Counted from the stretch's first letter, positions 22,276 through 32,127 are shown. The stretch is DNA of 64,000 bases from an uncultured Alphaproteobacteria bacterium (GCA_963838365.1 CAWIQR010000012.1:119072-183071), one strand, 5' to 3'. Notes: generated from the letters alone by a model not told the origin. A program made the numbers and translations.

Positions 22276-23631
22276 TTACTTCATCAATACCAGTTCTTCG
22301 GCCACGGTCGGATGGATCGCGGTTGTCGCGTCAAAATCGGCCTTGTTCATCTTTGCCTTAACCGCGACGGCGGCGGCCTGCATGATTTCGGGCGCGTAGG
22401 GTCCGATCATGTGCAGACCCAGGATCTGATCATTCGCACCGTCGCAAATCATCTTGATCAGGCTGCGCTCCTCACGCCCGGCAACCACGTTTTTCATCGG
22501 CCGGAAATCCGATGTGTAAACGCGCACGGCGCCATACTGCTCCTTCGCCTCACGTTCGTTCAGCCCGACCGAGCAGATCGGCGGGTGGCTGAACACGGCA
22601 CTGGGAATGCAGGAATGGTCGACGCAGTAGGGCTCGCCCGGGCCGAACACGCTGTCGGCAAAGGCCTGTCCTTCGCGGATGGCGACGGGCGTCAGTTGTA
22701 CCCGATCGGTCACGTCGCCCACGGCATAGATGTAATCGACGTTGGTTTTGGAAAAATCATCGACCTTGATCTGGCCCCGTTCGCCCACTTCCACGCCCAG
22801 CTTTTCAAGGCCCAATCCCTTGGTGTTGGGCACCCGGCCTGTGGCTGCCATGACGCAATCGAAAGTGCGCTCTTCCTTGCCGGTCAGTTTGACATTGAAG
22901 GTGCCATCCTTGTTTTTCGTGACTTTTTCGACATCGGAATTGAACAGGAATTCGATCCCCTTGGTCAGCGATATCTGCATCAGACGATCGCGCAGCGCAA
23001 AGTCATATCCGCGCAGGATTACGTCTGAGCGATTGGCGATGACCACCTGCGATCCGAATTCATTGAAGATACCGGCAAATTCATTGGCGATATATCCACC
23101 GCCCAGAATCAGGATGCAGCCGGGTACGGCGTCCAGATGGAATGCTTCATTCGATGTGATGACGTGTTCATTGCCCGGAAAATCGGGCACATGTGGCCAA
23201 GCTCCGGTGGCGATCAGAATGGTTTTCGCGGTGACGACCTTGCCGCCTGCCAGTGTAATTTCATGGTCGCCGGTAATCTCGGCGCGTTCCTTGAAAATAG
23301 TGACATCGTGGCTGTTCAGCGTATCGGTGTAGCCGCCCTCGATCCGCTCCACATCCTTGAACACGTGGTCGCGCAGCGCCACCCAGTCAAAACTCTTGCC
23401 CTCGATCGTCCACCCGAATTTGGTTGCATCTTCCAGGTCTTCGGCAAATTGCGCGCCGTAAACCAGCATCTTCTTGGGGACGCAGCCACGGATGACACAG
23501 GTGCCACCGACCCGGTATTCCTCCGCAGCGGCCACGCGCGCGCCATGCGCAGCGGCGACCCGGCTTGCACGCGTCCCGCCCGATCCGATGCCGATGGTGA
23601 AGAGGTCATAATCGTAAGTCTGTTCGGCCAT
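22276..23631 (-). CDS. gor: Glutathione-disulfide reductase
   Basis: GGTCVIRGCVPKK redox disulfide, GGGYIANE, and C-terminal IHPTVAEE. Confidence 0.95.
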   Translation of the reverse strand: MAEQTYDYDLFTIGIGSGGTRASRVAAAHGARVAAAEEYRVGGTCVIRGCVPKKMLVYGAQFAEDLEDATKFGWTIEGKSFDWVALRDHVFKDVERIEGGYTDTLNSHDVTIFKERAEITGDHEITLAGGKVVTAKTILIATGAWPHVPDFPGNEHVITSNEAFHLDAVPGCILILGGGYIANEFAGIFNEFGSQVVIANRSDVILRGYDFALRDRLMQISLTKGIEFLFNSDVEKVTKNKDGTFNVKLTGKEERTFDCVMAATGRVPNTKGLGLEKLGVEVGERGQIKVDDFSKTNVDYIYAVGDVTDRVQLTPVAIREGQAFADSVFGPGEPYCVDHSCIPSAVFSHPPICSVGLNEREAKEQYGAVRVYTSDFRPMKNVVAGREERSLIKMICDGANDQILGLHMIGPYAPEIMQAAAVAVKAKMNKADFDATTAIHPTVAEELVLMK

Positions 23632-23694
23632 GTAATGCGCGCTCCGGTGGTCAGGAGCCTCGCGATATGGCCGCGCAGCGCGCCGATGCCAAGG

Positions 23695-24726
23695 TCAGGT
23701 TTCCAGAAACAGCCCATTATCGCGCAGCAATTGAAACGCCTTCATGTCCTCGATCGTGATCAGATCCTCGCTCTGCACGCCAGTGTTGCGTTTCAACAGG
23801 TAATGCACGGCCTTTTTCGTGCCCTCGCCAATCCCGGTCAATGCGACCATGACATCGGGCTCATGATCCAGCACCCGGTCAAACAACATCGACGTGTTCA
23901 TCGGATCGAACCCGAAACCGAGAAAGCCCAGCCGTTTGCCATGTGCGATTTCCGCCATGAGAAAGCTGGAAAACCGCTTGTCACGCTTGCGTTCACTGGC
24001 GGTGTAGAAATTCTTCGAAAGCGACACCCAGTCTTCCGGGTTTTCATCGCCCCATTCCGCTGGTTCGCCGCCGCCAAAATGCCACGGCAACGGGCCGACA
24101 CTGCCATAGGGATGGACGATCCGCAGGTGCGAACTCACCAGCAGCCGCGCCTCTTCCAGCTCCATGCCGAACGCCATCGTCAGCACCCACGGCAGGTAGT
24201 GCTCGATCGCCCTATCGTAGTTGAAGCAAACGATGGATAGTTTGTCGAAACACTGTTCCGCCTCTGCACGCGGCACGCCTTTGGTGATTAGCTGACCCAA
24301 TTGGAACAACCAGTTGTCAACGCCGCGCAGGGGCAGATCACCCGCATCGCGCGGTTCAACCGCCAGCGTGGATTTGGATTCTGCCTGCAGCGTATAATAG
24401 GCCAACGCCAGCTTCCCCACCGCGATCACGTTGGGATTGCCCGCGCCATATTGTTCCAGCACAGCATCAATGGAGGAGGTGACACGGCTCGCCTGCTTGA
24501 TCGTCTGGCCGGCCGCGATCAGGTCTTCGTATGTAGTGTTTAGCCGCTGGGCATTGGCTTCGAAAATTTCTGCCAGCGCAACCATGTCGCGGGTTTGCAA
24601 CTGCGACCCCAGGCGCTCAAAATCGAAACCCGCCGCGATTTTCGCCAGCAGGTCTGCCCCATCGGACATCTCGATTTCGCAATTGGCACCCGCGCCGATG
24701 ACCAAAGTGGTTTCGGTTCTGATCAT
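23695..24726 (-). CDS. SIR2-like domain protein (sirtuin-fold candidate)
   Basis: LVIGAGAN near the N-terminus, CFNYD, VHPYGS and FLGFGF, in the order of the SIR2-like GAGxS / TxNYD / HG motifs. Confidence 0.55.
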   Translation of the reverse strand: MIRTETTLVIGAGANCEIEMSDGADLLAKIAAGFDFERLGSQLQTRDMVALAEIFEANAQRLNTTYEDLIAAGQTIKQASRVTSSIDAVLEQYGAGNPNVIAVGKLALAYYTLQAESKSTLAVEPRDAGDLPLRGVDNWLFQLGQLITKGVPRAEAEQCFDKLSIVCFNYDRAIEHYLPWVLTMAFGMELEEARLLVSSHLRIVHPYGSVGPLPWHFGGGEPAEWGDENPEDWVSLSKNFYTASERKRDKRFSSFLMAEIAHGKRLGFLGFGFDPMNTSMLFDRVLDHEPDVMVALTGIGEGTKKAVHYLLKRNTGVQSEDLITIEDMKAFQLLRDNGLFLET

Positions 24727-24737
24727 GTGAGCGTGCG

Positions 24738-24775
24738 ATGCCTCCCTATCCGGTGGCTTTCAAATAGGGAGGCAT
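24738..24775. repeat. Perfect 12-bp inverted repeat upstream of the SIR2-like gene
   Basis: ATGCCTCCCTAT-N14-ATAGGGAGGCAT. Confidence 0.8.
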
Positions 24776-24827
24776 GGTTAAGATATGGTAAGATCAAGGG
24801 TGGGGTTTCACCGCTTTCTCAGAATGT

Positions 24828-26315
24828 TCAGACCGATTGCGAACGCGGGCCAGAGCCCCCGCCACCCGAACTGCCACCGGATCCGCCACCCGATCCACCG
24901 CGCCGATTGCCACCAGGTTTGCCCCGGCGACCGCCGCCTTCGCTGCTGCCACCGCCGCCGCCGAAGCTTTTGCCCTGCGGACGACCCTTGCGCGCCTGAT
25001 GCTTTTGTCTGGGTCGCTCGGCTGCGCCCTGATCGCTGCCACCGCGCGGCTTTGCGCCGCCCTTCGGCTTTACACGAATCCGATTGGCCGAAACCTGATT
25101 TGCGCCGCGGGCTGGCGGCTTGGTTGGGCCGACACCTTCGACGACGGCGCGGAAGTTTTCTGGCAGTTGAAGCCGTTCCATGCTCGCGTCGGTCGTCTTC
25201 TGGATGTCTTTCAGATATGCGCGCTCATCCTCGGCACACAGCGCGATGGCGATGCCGTCCCGACCAGCGCGCGCGGTGCGGCCAATGCGGTGCACGTATT
25301 GTTCGGGCACGTTGGGCAGCTCGTAATTGATGACATGGCTGACACCCGGAATGTCGATCCCGCGCGCGGCGACATCGGTTGCGATCAGGATCTTCGTCTT
25401 GCCCTTGCGGAATTCCTCAAGCGCGCGGGTGCGCTGACCCTGCGTCTTGTTGCCATGGATGGCGTTGGCGTGAATGCCGCTCTGGCTCAGTTTCTTCACC
25501 ACGCGGTCTGCACCATGCTTGGTCCGGGTGAAAATCAGCACGAGGTCAAGGTCGCCGGGCACACGGTGGCGGCCCGACAGGATCAGTTCAAGCAGCGCGG
25601 TCTTTTCATCCTGCTGCACCATGTAGAGATATTGATCGACGCGCTCTGCCGTGGTCGATTCAGGCGTGACCGAAACCTGCACGGGGTTGTTGCAATAGCC
25701 CTTTACCAGCTCCTTGATCTGTTTGGGCATGGTCGCGCTGAAGAACAGCGTCTGACGCTCCTTGGGCACCAGCTGGCTGATGCGCCGCAACGCATGGATA
25801 AAGCCAAGATCGAGCATCTGGTCCGCTTCATCGAGGATCAGGATTTCGACGCCAGACAGGTTGAGAGCCTTCTGATCGATCAGATCGAGCAGGCGGCCCG
25901 GCGTCGCGACCAGAATGTCGGTGCCGCGGTGCAGTTTGTTGCGATCCTTGTTGACGCTGGTACCGCCAACGATGGACTGGACTTTCAGCCCGGCCAACGC
26001 GCCGTAATCGCGCGCGCTTTCGGCAATCTGTCCGGCCAGCTCGCGCGTGGGAGCCAAGACCAGCATACGGCAGGATTTGAATGGAATGTTGTTTTCCGAC
26101 GCGCGCAGCCGGTCGATACCGGGCAGCATGAACGCGGCAGTTTTACCCGTGCCGGTCTGCGCAATACCCAAAAGGTCGCGGCCTGCCAGCACGGGCGGAA
26201 TCGCCTGCACCTGGATTGGCGTGGGAGTGGTGTAGCCCTTGAGGTCAAGCGCCTGGAGAACGGGCTGGGAAAGTCCCAGATCCTCAAACAGAGGAGTTGT
26301 GGTCGATTGTGTCAT
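24828..26315 (-). CDS. rhlE: DEAD-box RNA helicase (RhlE-like) with a Gly/Arg-rich tail
   Basis: Q motif PTPIQ, AQTGTGKT, PTRELA, TPGRL, DEAD, SAT and HRIGRTAR. The start could be 26327. Confidence 0.9.
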   Translation of the reverse strand: MTQSTTTPLFEDLGLSQPVLQALDLKGYTTPTPIQVQAIPPVLAGRDLLGIAQTGTGKTAAFMLPGIDRLRASENNIPFKSCRMLVLAPTRELAGQIAESARDYGALAGLKVQSIVGGTSVNKDRNKLHRGTDILVATPGRLLDLIDQKALNLSGVEILILDEADQMLDLGFIHALRRISQLVPKERQTLFFSATMPKQIKELVKGYCNNPVQVSVTPESTTAERVDQYLYMVQQDEKTALLELILSGRHRVPGDLDLVLIFTRTKHGADRVVKKLSQSGIHANAIHGNKTQGQRTRALEEFRKGKTKILIATDVAARGIDIPGVSHVINYELPNVPEQYVHRIGRTARAGRDGIAIALCAEDERAYLKDIQKTTDASMERLQLPENFRAVVEGVGPTKPPARGANQVSANRIRVKPKGGAKPRGGSDQGAAERPRQKHQARKGRPQGKSFGGGGGSSEGGGRRGKPGGNRRGGSGGGSGGSSGGGGSGPRSQSV

Positions 26316-26532
26316 TGATACTCGCATAAATACGCGAAGCGGCACGCTGATGACAGCGGCGCTTGCGGGGGAAAATAACCGCCCGCGTGAAAAGGGAAGT
26401 CTTGGAAGGATGATCGAGCTGCCGCAGGGCGCTGGCGTCTGACCCTGGGTCACATACGCTCGCGCCGCTTCACGCTGGCTTTATCTCTCGATCAGCGCGC
26501 CCAATGGCCGCAATCTATGCAAATGTCAAAGA

Positions 26533-26976
26533 CTATCTGTTGGGTTCAAAGAACGACCATATCCGGATAGCATCGTCATACGTGCCTGCCGTGGCGTTTC
26601 CTTGCGCATCATGCGCTGGCTTGAACCGCGCACTCCGAGCAATAGCGCGGCACAATTCCTTCGTCGTGAAAGGGTTGTCAAAGCTGCGTGAGAACGCACA
26701 ATCGACGACCTTCCCATCGGCATCCAGGTCAACACTGTAACCAAGCTCCTGCGTCAACATACCCAATTGGGTGGCGCGCCTGAAAAACTTTCTGTAATTA
26801 AATTCAACCAGTTCGACCGGCTGCGAAGCGCGCACGACGTTGCCGGCATCGGCACTCTGCGAGACGGCCAAACCACGCATTTCTATGCCAGAATCAGCAG
26901 CCAAAGGGGCATTGATGGCGGCGGCCGAAATCAGCCCTGTGGCAAACACTACAATACGAAGCGAACCCTTCTTCAT
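26533..26976 (-). CDS. Exported TonB C-terminal-like domain protein
   Basis: Signal peptide; VDLDADGKVVDC...LCRAIARSARFKPAHDAQG matches the TonB_C pattern. Confidence 0.6.
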   Translation of the reverse strand: MKKGSLRIVVFATGLISAAAINAPLAADSGIEMRGLAVSQSADAGNVVRASQPVELVEFNYRKFFRRATQLGMLTQELGYSVDLDADGKVVDCAFSRSFDNPFTTKELCRAIARSARFKPAHDAQGNATAGTYDDAIRIWSFFEPNR

Positions 26977-27122
26977 CCGACTAACCCTTTCCATTTATAG
27001 ACTACCTTTGCGGGACATACCTCCATTCACGTAAAAAGTGAATTCCTTTTCCGTTTTTGAATGTATCTCGGCCGCGCTTTATTGTTGTCTGGTAGCCAAT
27101 GCACCTTTGCTTGACGCCAATA

Positions 27123-28679
27123 TTACCTAAACCCCGCCGCCTCCATCAATGCCTGCGTGCTCGCGTCGAATGTGCCCTTGCCAGTTTCAATCTGGTTTGC
27201 GATCGCTTTGCCCAGTTCCACTCCAAACTGGTCGAACGGGTTTATCCCCATCAGGACGGCGTTGGCGAAAGTGCGGTGTTCGTGGAAGGCAATCAGCGCG
27301 CCCAACGTTGCGGGATCGAGATCGTCGAGCAAATATGTCGCGGATGGCCGATCGCCGGGATAGGCGCGCGCGGCGTCATCCTTGCTCGCCTTGCCCGCCA
27401 TCAACGCGGCCCCTTGCGCAAGGCAATTTAACAGCAGCGTGCGGTGATGCACCGGATCCAGCGTGTCGCCCGGCGCAATTGCGGCGAAGAAATCCACCGG
27501 CACCAGATGCGTGCCCTGATGCAGCAACTGGAACACGGCATGTTGTGCATCGGTCCCCACGCCGCCCCAAGTGATCGGCGCCGTCGGGCCCGCCACCGGC
27601 GCGCCCGTGACCGTCACACTCTTGCCATTCGATTCCATCTCAAGCTGTTGTAGATAATCGGGAAACAGCGCCAGCCGCTCATCATAGGCGAACACCGCGC
27701 GCGTCTGGCATCCGCGCAACCGGGTGTAATACTGATCGGCAAACGCGGCCATCAGCGGCGCATTCGCCCGCCCCTCGGTTTCGCGAAAGTGCGTGTCCAC
27801 GGCATGCGCTCCGGCCAGAAATTCGCGAAACTCCTCCATCCCGATGGCCAAAGCGACGGGAAAACCAATGCTGGACCACAGCGAATAGCGCCCGCCGACA
27901 CTTTCGGGGAAAGGCAGAACGCGCGTTTCGTCCACCCCCCACGCCACCGCTTTTTCCGGGCTGGCGGTAAGCGCGATCACGCGCCCGCCGGGATCCTCCA
28001 CCCCTTCATTGCGCAGCCACGTCAGCGCGCTTTCCGCGTTGGTCATCGTCTCGATCGTGGTGAAGGTCTTGGACGCAACCGCAATCAGCGTCGTCGCCGG
28101 ATCGCACGCGGCAAACGCCTGTTCCAGCGCGAGGCCATCGATATTGGAGACGACATGCACATCAACCTTGGCCAGATCGCGGGTCAGCGCGTCCACCGCC
28201 AGCGCCGGTCCCAGCGCAGATCCGCCAATGCCGATATGGATAAGATGCCGCACTTCCCCCATCGCGCCATCGTGGATTGCATCGACCAGCATCCCCATGC
28301 GCGCCAGCAGCGCGGCGGCCTCTTCGGTATTGGCATCGTTGCCACTGCCGCGCATCGCGCCGTGGATCGCGGCGCGGCCTTCGGTCACGTTGATCGCATC
28401 GCCATCGAACATCGCATCGCGCGCGGCGGAAAACCCGCAGACCTGCGCCAGTTCCTCGAACGCTTCCACCATCGGCGCCGACAAATGCGTCTTTGACCAG
28501 TCGATCCGCATTCCGCCCGGCACACCTTCCGCACCCGGCCAGTCGACCCGCCGGGTGAACGCCGCCACCCTGCCCTTATCTTCGGCAAACAGGGATCCAA
28601 GCGTCTGAACCGGCAGCGCCTTCAGGCGATCCCAGGCGGCGGCGATCTGTTCCTGTTCGGTCTGTGTCTGGTCGGTCAT
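27123..28679 (-). CDS. pgi: Glucose-6-phosphate isomerase
   Basis: TEGRAAIH, IGIGGSALG, ASKTFTTIET, VGGRYSLWS, QQLEMESNGK and NPFDQFGVELGK. Confidence 0.96.
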   Translation of the reverse strand: MTDQTQTEQEQIAAAWDRLKALPVQTLGSLFAEDKGRVAAFTRRVDWPGAEGVPGGMRIDWSKTHLSAPMVEAFEELAQVCGFSAARDAMFDGDAINVTEGRAAIHGAMRGSGNDANTEEAAALLARMGMLVDAIHDGAMGEVRHLIHIGIGGSALGPALAVDALTRDLAKVDVHVVSNIDGLALEQAFAACDPATTLIAVASKTFTTIETMTNAESALTWLRNEGVEDPGGRVIALTASPEKAVAWGVDETRVLPFPESVGGRYSLWSSIGFPVALAIGMEEFREFLAGAHAVDTHFRETEGRANAPLMAAFADQYYTRLRGCQTRAVFAYDERLALFPDYLQQLEMESNGKSVTVTGAPVAGPTAPITWGGVGTDAQHAVFQLLHQGTHLVPVDFFAAIAPGDTLDPVHHRTLLLNCLAQGAALMAGKASKDDAARAYPGDRPSATYLLDDLDPATLGALIAFHEHRTFANAVLMGINPFDQFGVELGKAIANQIETGKGTFDASTQALMEAAGFR

Positions 28680-28732
28680 TTTGGAGCAATCCCCTTTGCG
28701 TGGCGGTGACACCGCGCGTAAGGGGGCTGACG

Positions 28733-29641
28733 ATGGATGTTAAGACCCAAACTGATATTCGGAGCGATACTGCCGCACCCGATAACCAGCATCGCGACAA
28801 CCGCGAGATCGATCATTTGCGCAACTCAGACCTTTCGGAAGGTTCGGACAAAGGTGGGACGCTGATTGGTCAGGTCCGTTTCGTGGTATCGCTGGTGCTG
28901 ATCGTTCTGGTTATCCGCACTCTTATTGTATCGCCATTTTCCATCCCGTCGGAGAGTATGCTGCCACGACTGTGGAACGGCGATTACCTGCTCGCGGCCA
29001 AGTGGCCCTATGGCTATTCCCGGCACTCGCTGCCGTTCGATGTTTTCTCGTTTGAGGGACGCTTGCTCGCCAGCGCGCCCGAAGCCGGCGATGTGGTCAT
29101 TTTCAAACATCCGGTCGATCAGACCGATTATATCAAACGGGTGATCGGCCTGCCGGGTGATGAGATCGCAATGCTGGGGGGCCAGATCGTGCTCAATGGT
29201 AAACTGGTTGAGCGCGAGCTGGTCGAGGATTTCGGGATCGCGGTGTCGCCTAATACATCATGCGGTCTTGGCAAACTGGCTCAGAACGAAAACGACGCAT
29301 CGGCGGTCAGCGGGCAGACCTGCTCGTATCGTCAATACCGTGAGACCCTGCCTTCGGGGCGGCAATACGATGTCCTTGATCTGGGGCTGGCACCGGGCGA
29401 TTCGATGGCGCCCGTCATCGTGCCGGAAGGCCATATTTTCGTGATGGGCGACAATCGCGACAATTCGCGCGACAGTCGCTTTCCTGCAATGGCTGGCGAT
29501 GCTGTCGGCCTTGTGCCGCTGGAAAACCTTGTCGGGCGCGCGCAGGTTATCATCTGGTCGACTGATGGCTCGGCGCAATGGGCAGAGCCGTGGACGTGGT
29601 TTTCCGCCGCGCGCTGGGACAGGATCGGGAACGGGCTGTGA
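28733..29641 (+). CDS. lepB: Signal peptidase I
   Basis: IPSESMLP (catalytic Ser), YIKRVIGLPGD (catalytic Lys) and MGDNRDNSRDSR. Confidence 0.95.
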   Translation: MDVKTQTDIRSDTAAPDNQHRDNREIDHLRNSDLSEGSDKGGTLIGQVRFVVSLVLIVLVIRTLIVSPFSIPSESMLPRLWNGDYLLAAKWPYGYSRHSLPFDVFSFEGRLLASAPEAGDVVIFKHPVDQTDYIKRVIGLPGDEIAMLGGQIVLNGKLVERELVEDFGIAVSPNTSCGLGKLAQNENDASAVSGQTCSYRQYRETLPSGRQYDVLDLGLAPGDSMAPVIVPEGHIFVMGDNRDNSRDSRFPAMAGDAVGLVPLENLVGRAQVIIWSTDGSAQWAEPWTWFSAARWDRIGNGL

Positions 29642-29651
29642 GCGTTCTGCA

Positions 29652-30383
29652 ATGATGCCCGGCGTGCAACCCAATTCCCTGCCCCCCGAAACGCGCGAGT
29701 GGCTGGCGACACATGGATTTGCCGTGCGCGACGAGGCGCGCTGGCTGCGCGCGCTGACGCATGGCAGCTTCAATGGCAACATCACCACTCGCGGCGCAAG
29801 CCAGGCCAATCTTGAAAGCGCAGGCGATTACCAGCGACTCGAATTTCTGGGCGACCGGGTGCTGGGCCTTGCGGTGGCATCGTGGCTGTACCGCGCAGGC
29901 GATGCAGCAGAGGGGCAGCTATCGCAGCGCCTGAATGCGCTGGTCAGCGGGGCGACCTGTGCGCGCATCGCCCGTTCCATCGGAATGCCCGATCACATTC
30001 GTCTGGGCAAACAGGCGCGCGAGGATGGCGGCGCGGATAGCGACAACATTCTTGGCGATGTGATGGAGGCATTGATCGGAGCGTGTTTTATCGAACACGG
30101 CTATGACACGGCCCGCGATGTCGTCTATGACCTCTGGGCGAGCGAGCTGGCAGGCAATGCGGGCAAGGCAAAGCATCCCAAAAGCGCGTTGCAGGAATGG
30201 GCCGCTGGCAACCGGCGATCCATGCCGGTGTATCAGGTGGTCGAACGGTCCGGCCCGGATCACGCTGCGCAATTTACAGTAGAGGTAAGCATCCCCTCGA
30301 TCGGCAGTGCGCAAGGCTCTGCCAGCAGCAAGGGTGAGGCGGAAAAGCGCGCGGCGCAGGCATTTCTGGAGGAATTTGGTTGA
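29652..30383 (+). CDS. rnc: Ribonuclease III
   Basis: YQRLEFLGDRVLG, DVMEALIGA, and a C-terminal dsRBD (HPKSALQEW). Confidence 0.95.
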   Translation: MMPGVQPNSLPPETREWLATHGFAVRDEARWLRALTHGSFNGNITTRGASQANLESAGDYQRLEFLGDRVLGLAVASWLYRAGDAAEGQLSQRLNALVSGATCARIARSIGMPDHIRLGKQAREDGGADSDNILGDVMEALIGACFIEHGYDTARDVVYDLWASELAGNAGKAKHPKSALQEWAAGNRRSMPVYQVVERSGPDHAAQFTVEVSIPSIGSAQGSASSKGEAEKRAAQAFLEEFG

Positions 30384-30385
30384 AC

Positions 30386-31288
30386 ATGAACACGGTGCCC
30401 AAACAATGCGGCGTGGTTGCGGTAATCGGCGCTCCGAATGCCGGCAAATCGACGCTGGTGAACCAATTGGTTGGCCAGAAGGTCGCGATTACATCGGCCA
30501 AGGCGCAGACGACGCGCGCACGGATGCTGGGCATTGCGCTGTTCGGCACGGTGCAGATGATTCTCGTCGATACCCCCGGCATCTTCGCGCCAAAGCGGCG
30601 GCTGGACCGCGCAATGGTGAACGCCGCGTGGGAAGGCGCGGAGAGCGCGGATGCGATTTTGCTGATAGTCGATCCGATCAAGCAGCGGCGGCATGAACTC
30701 GAACCGTTGCTGGAGGCGCTGGAACGGCGGCCCGAACGCAAGATCCTCGTCCTCAACAAGGTTGATCGCGCCAAGAAAGAGCCGCTGCTGGCGCTGGCGC
30801 AGGAACTGGGCGAGCGCATGACGTTCGAGGAGATTTACTTCATCTCCGCCCTGACCGGCGATGGAGTGGGCGAAATGAAGGAAGCGCTGGCAAAATTGAT
30901 GCCCGAAGGCGTGTGGATGTATCCCGAAGATCAGGTGTCCGACGCGTCCGAACGGTTGCTGGCAGCGGAAATCACACGCGAGCAGCTTTATGCGCAGTTG
31001 CACGAGGAACTGCCCTACGACACCGCCGTCCGGCCCGAACAATACAAGACGCGTCCCGATGGTAGCCTTGAAATCCACCAGCAAATCGTGGTCGCGCGCG
31101 AAACACAGCGCCCCATTGTCCTTGGCAAGGGCGGCCAGAAGATCAAGAGTATCGGCGAGGCTGCGCGGCTGGAACTGAGCGAAATTCTGGGCGTGAAAGT
31201 CCACCTGTTCCTGCACGTGAAGGTGCTGGAAAACTGGGGCGACGACAAGGAAGTCTTCGAGGAAATGGGGCTGGACTGGGTGCGGTAA
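30386..31288 (+). CDS. era: GTPase Era
   Basis: GAPNAGKS, QTTR, DTPG, NKVD, ISA and a KH domain (IVLGKGG); lepB-rnc-era order. Confidence 0.96.
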   Translation: MNTVPKQCGVVAVIGAPNAGKSTLVNQLVGQKVAITSAKAQTTRARMLGIALFGTVQMILVDTPGIFAPKRRLDRAMVNAAWEGAESADAILLIVDPIKQRRHELEPLLEALERRPERKILVLNKVDRAKKEPLLALAQELGERMTFEEIYFISALTGDGVGEMKEALAKLMPEGVWMYPEDQVSDASERLLAAEITREQLYAQLHEELPYDTAVRPEQYKTRPDGSLEIHQQIVVARETQRPIVLGKGGQKIKSIGEAARLELSEILGVKVHLFLHVKVLENWGDDKEVFEEMGLDWVR

Positions 31289-31291
31289 CCC

Positions 31292-31474
31292 TCACCGCTT
31301 TTTGGCAATCGCGATGTTTTGCTGTTTGGCGAAAGTCTTGGTCAATTCCTCGCTGCGGTTCAGTGCTTTTGCGATCTGTTTCAGCCCTTGCCCTTTGGAC
31401 GCAAGCAGGCGCAGCTTGCCTGCTTCCTCAGCATTCCACGGTTGCTTGTGACGTTCGAAATTTTCCTTGCCCAT
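31292..31474 (-). CDS. Small basic protein with an HTH-like motif
   Basis: PWNAEEAGKLRLLASKGQGLKQIAKALNRSEE; 60 aa, Lys/Arg-rich. Confidence 0.6.
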   Translation of the reverse strand: MGKENFERHKQPWNAEEAGKLRLLASKGQGLKQIAKALNRSEELTKTFAKQQNIAIAKKR

Positions 31475-31534
31475 GGCATGTCGCCTAGGGGCACAGGACG
31501 CGAATAGCGAGCGCGAATGCGCCCGGCCGCAAGG

Positions 31535-32047
31535 TTAGCCCCGCGTCAGTTTTTCCAGTTTCGCCTTCAGCGCCGCCTCATCGAAGGGTTTGACGATGTA
31601 ATCGTCCGCGCCCGCACCGATGCCCTGATGGATATCCTTCGCCTCTCCATTGGAGGTGCAGAACACCACGATCGGCGGTTTGGCAGTGGGGATCGCACGC
31701 AGGCGGCGCACAAATTCGATGCCGTCCATTTCGGGCATGTTCCAGTCGGTCAGCACCAGTGCCGGCATGGATTGCTTGCACCGGGCCAGCGCTTCCTCAC
31801 CATCCTGCGCCTCTATCGGCGTGTAGCCCAGCGATGTGGCGATCTTGGTCGAAACCTTGCGGATGACGCGGCTGTCATCGACAATCAGGCAGACTTGTGC
31901 CGCCGCTTTGTGCGTCGGCGCGCCTGCATTGCGGGCGCGAATTGCTTTCGCCTCAGCGACCAGCGCATCGGTAGATTTTCCCTCGCGCGGGAGGGTGGGT
32001 TCCTCAGTCAGCGCTTCGCTCACATCCTCGGGTGCATCGGCAGGCAC
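31535..32047 (-). CDS. CheY-like response regulator with an N-terminal extension
   Basis: LIVDDSRV, LVLTDWNMPEMDG, CTS and GADDYIVKPF. The frame is open upstream toward about 32130, so the start is uncertain. Confidence 0.88.
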   Translation of the reverse strand: MPADAPEDVSEALTEEPTLPREGKSTDALVAEAKAIRARNAGAPTHKAAAQVCLIVDDSRVIRKVSTKIATSLGYTPIEAQDGEEALARCKQSMPALVLTDWNMPEMDGIEFVRRLRAIPTAKPPIVVFCTSNGEAKDIHQGIGAGADDYIVKPFDEAALKAKLEKLTRG

Positions 32048-32127
32048 GGCGTTCTCCGGCGCTTCGGCCAGCCGCTGCGCCAGTGTCTTGCCCCGATGCC
32101 CCTTGTGCGGGCCGGTCGTGCGTTTGA

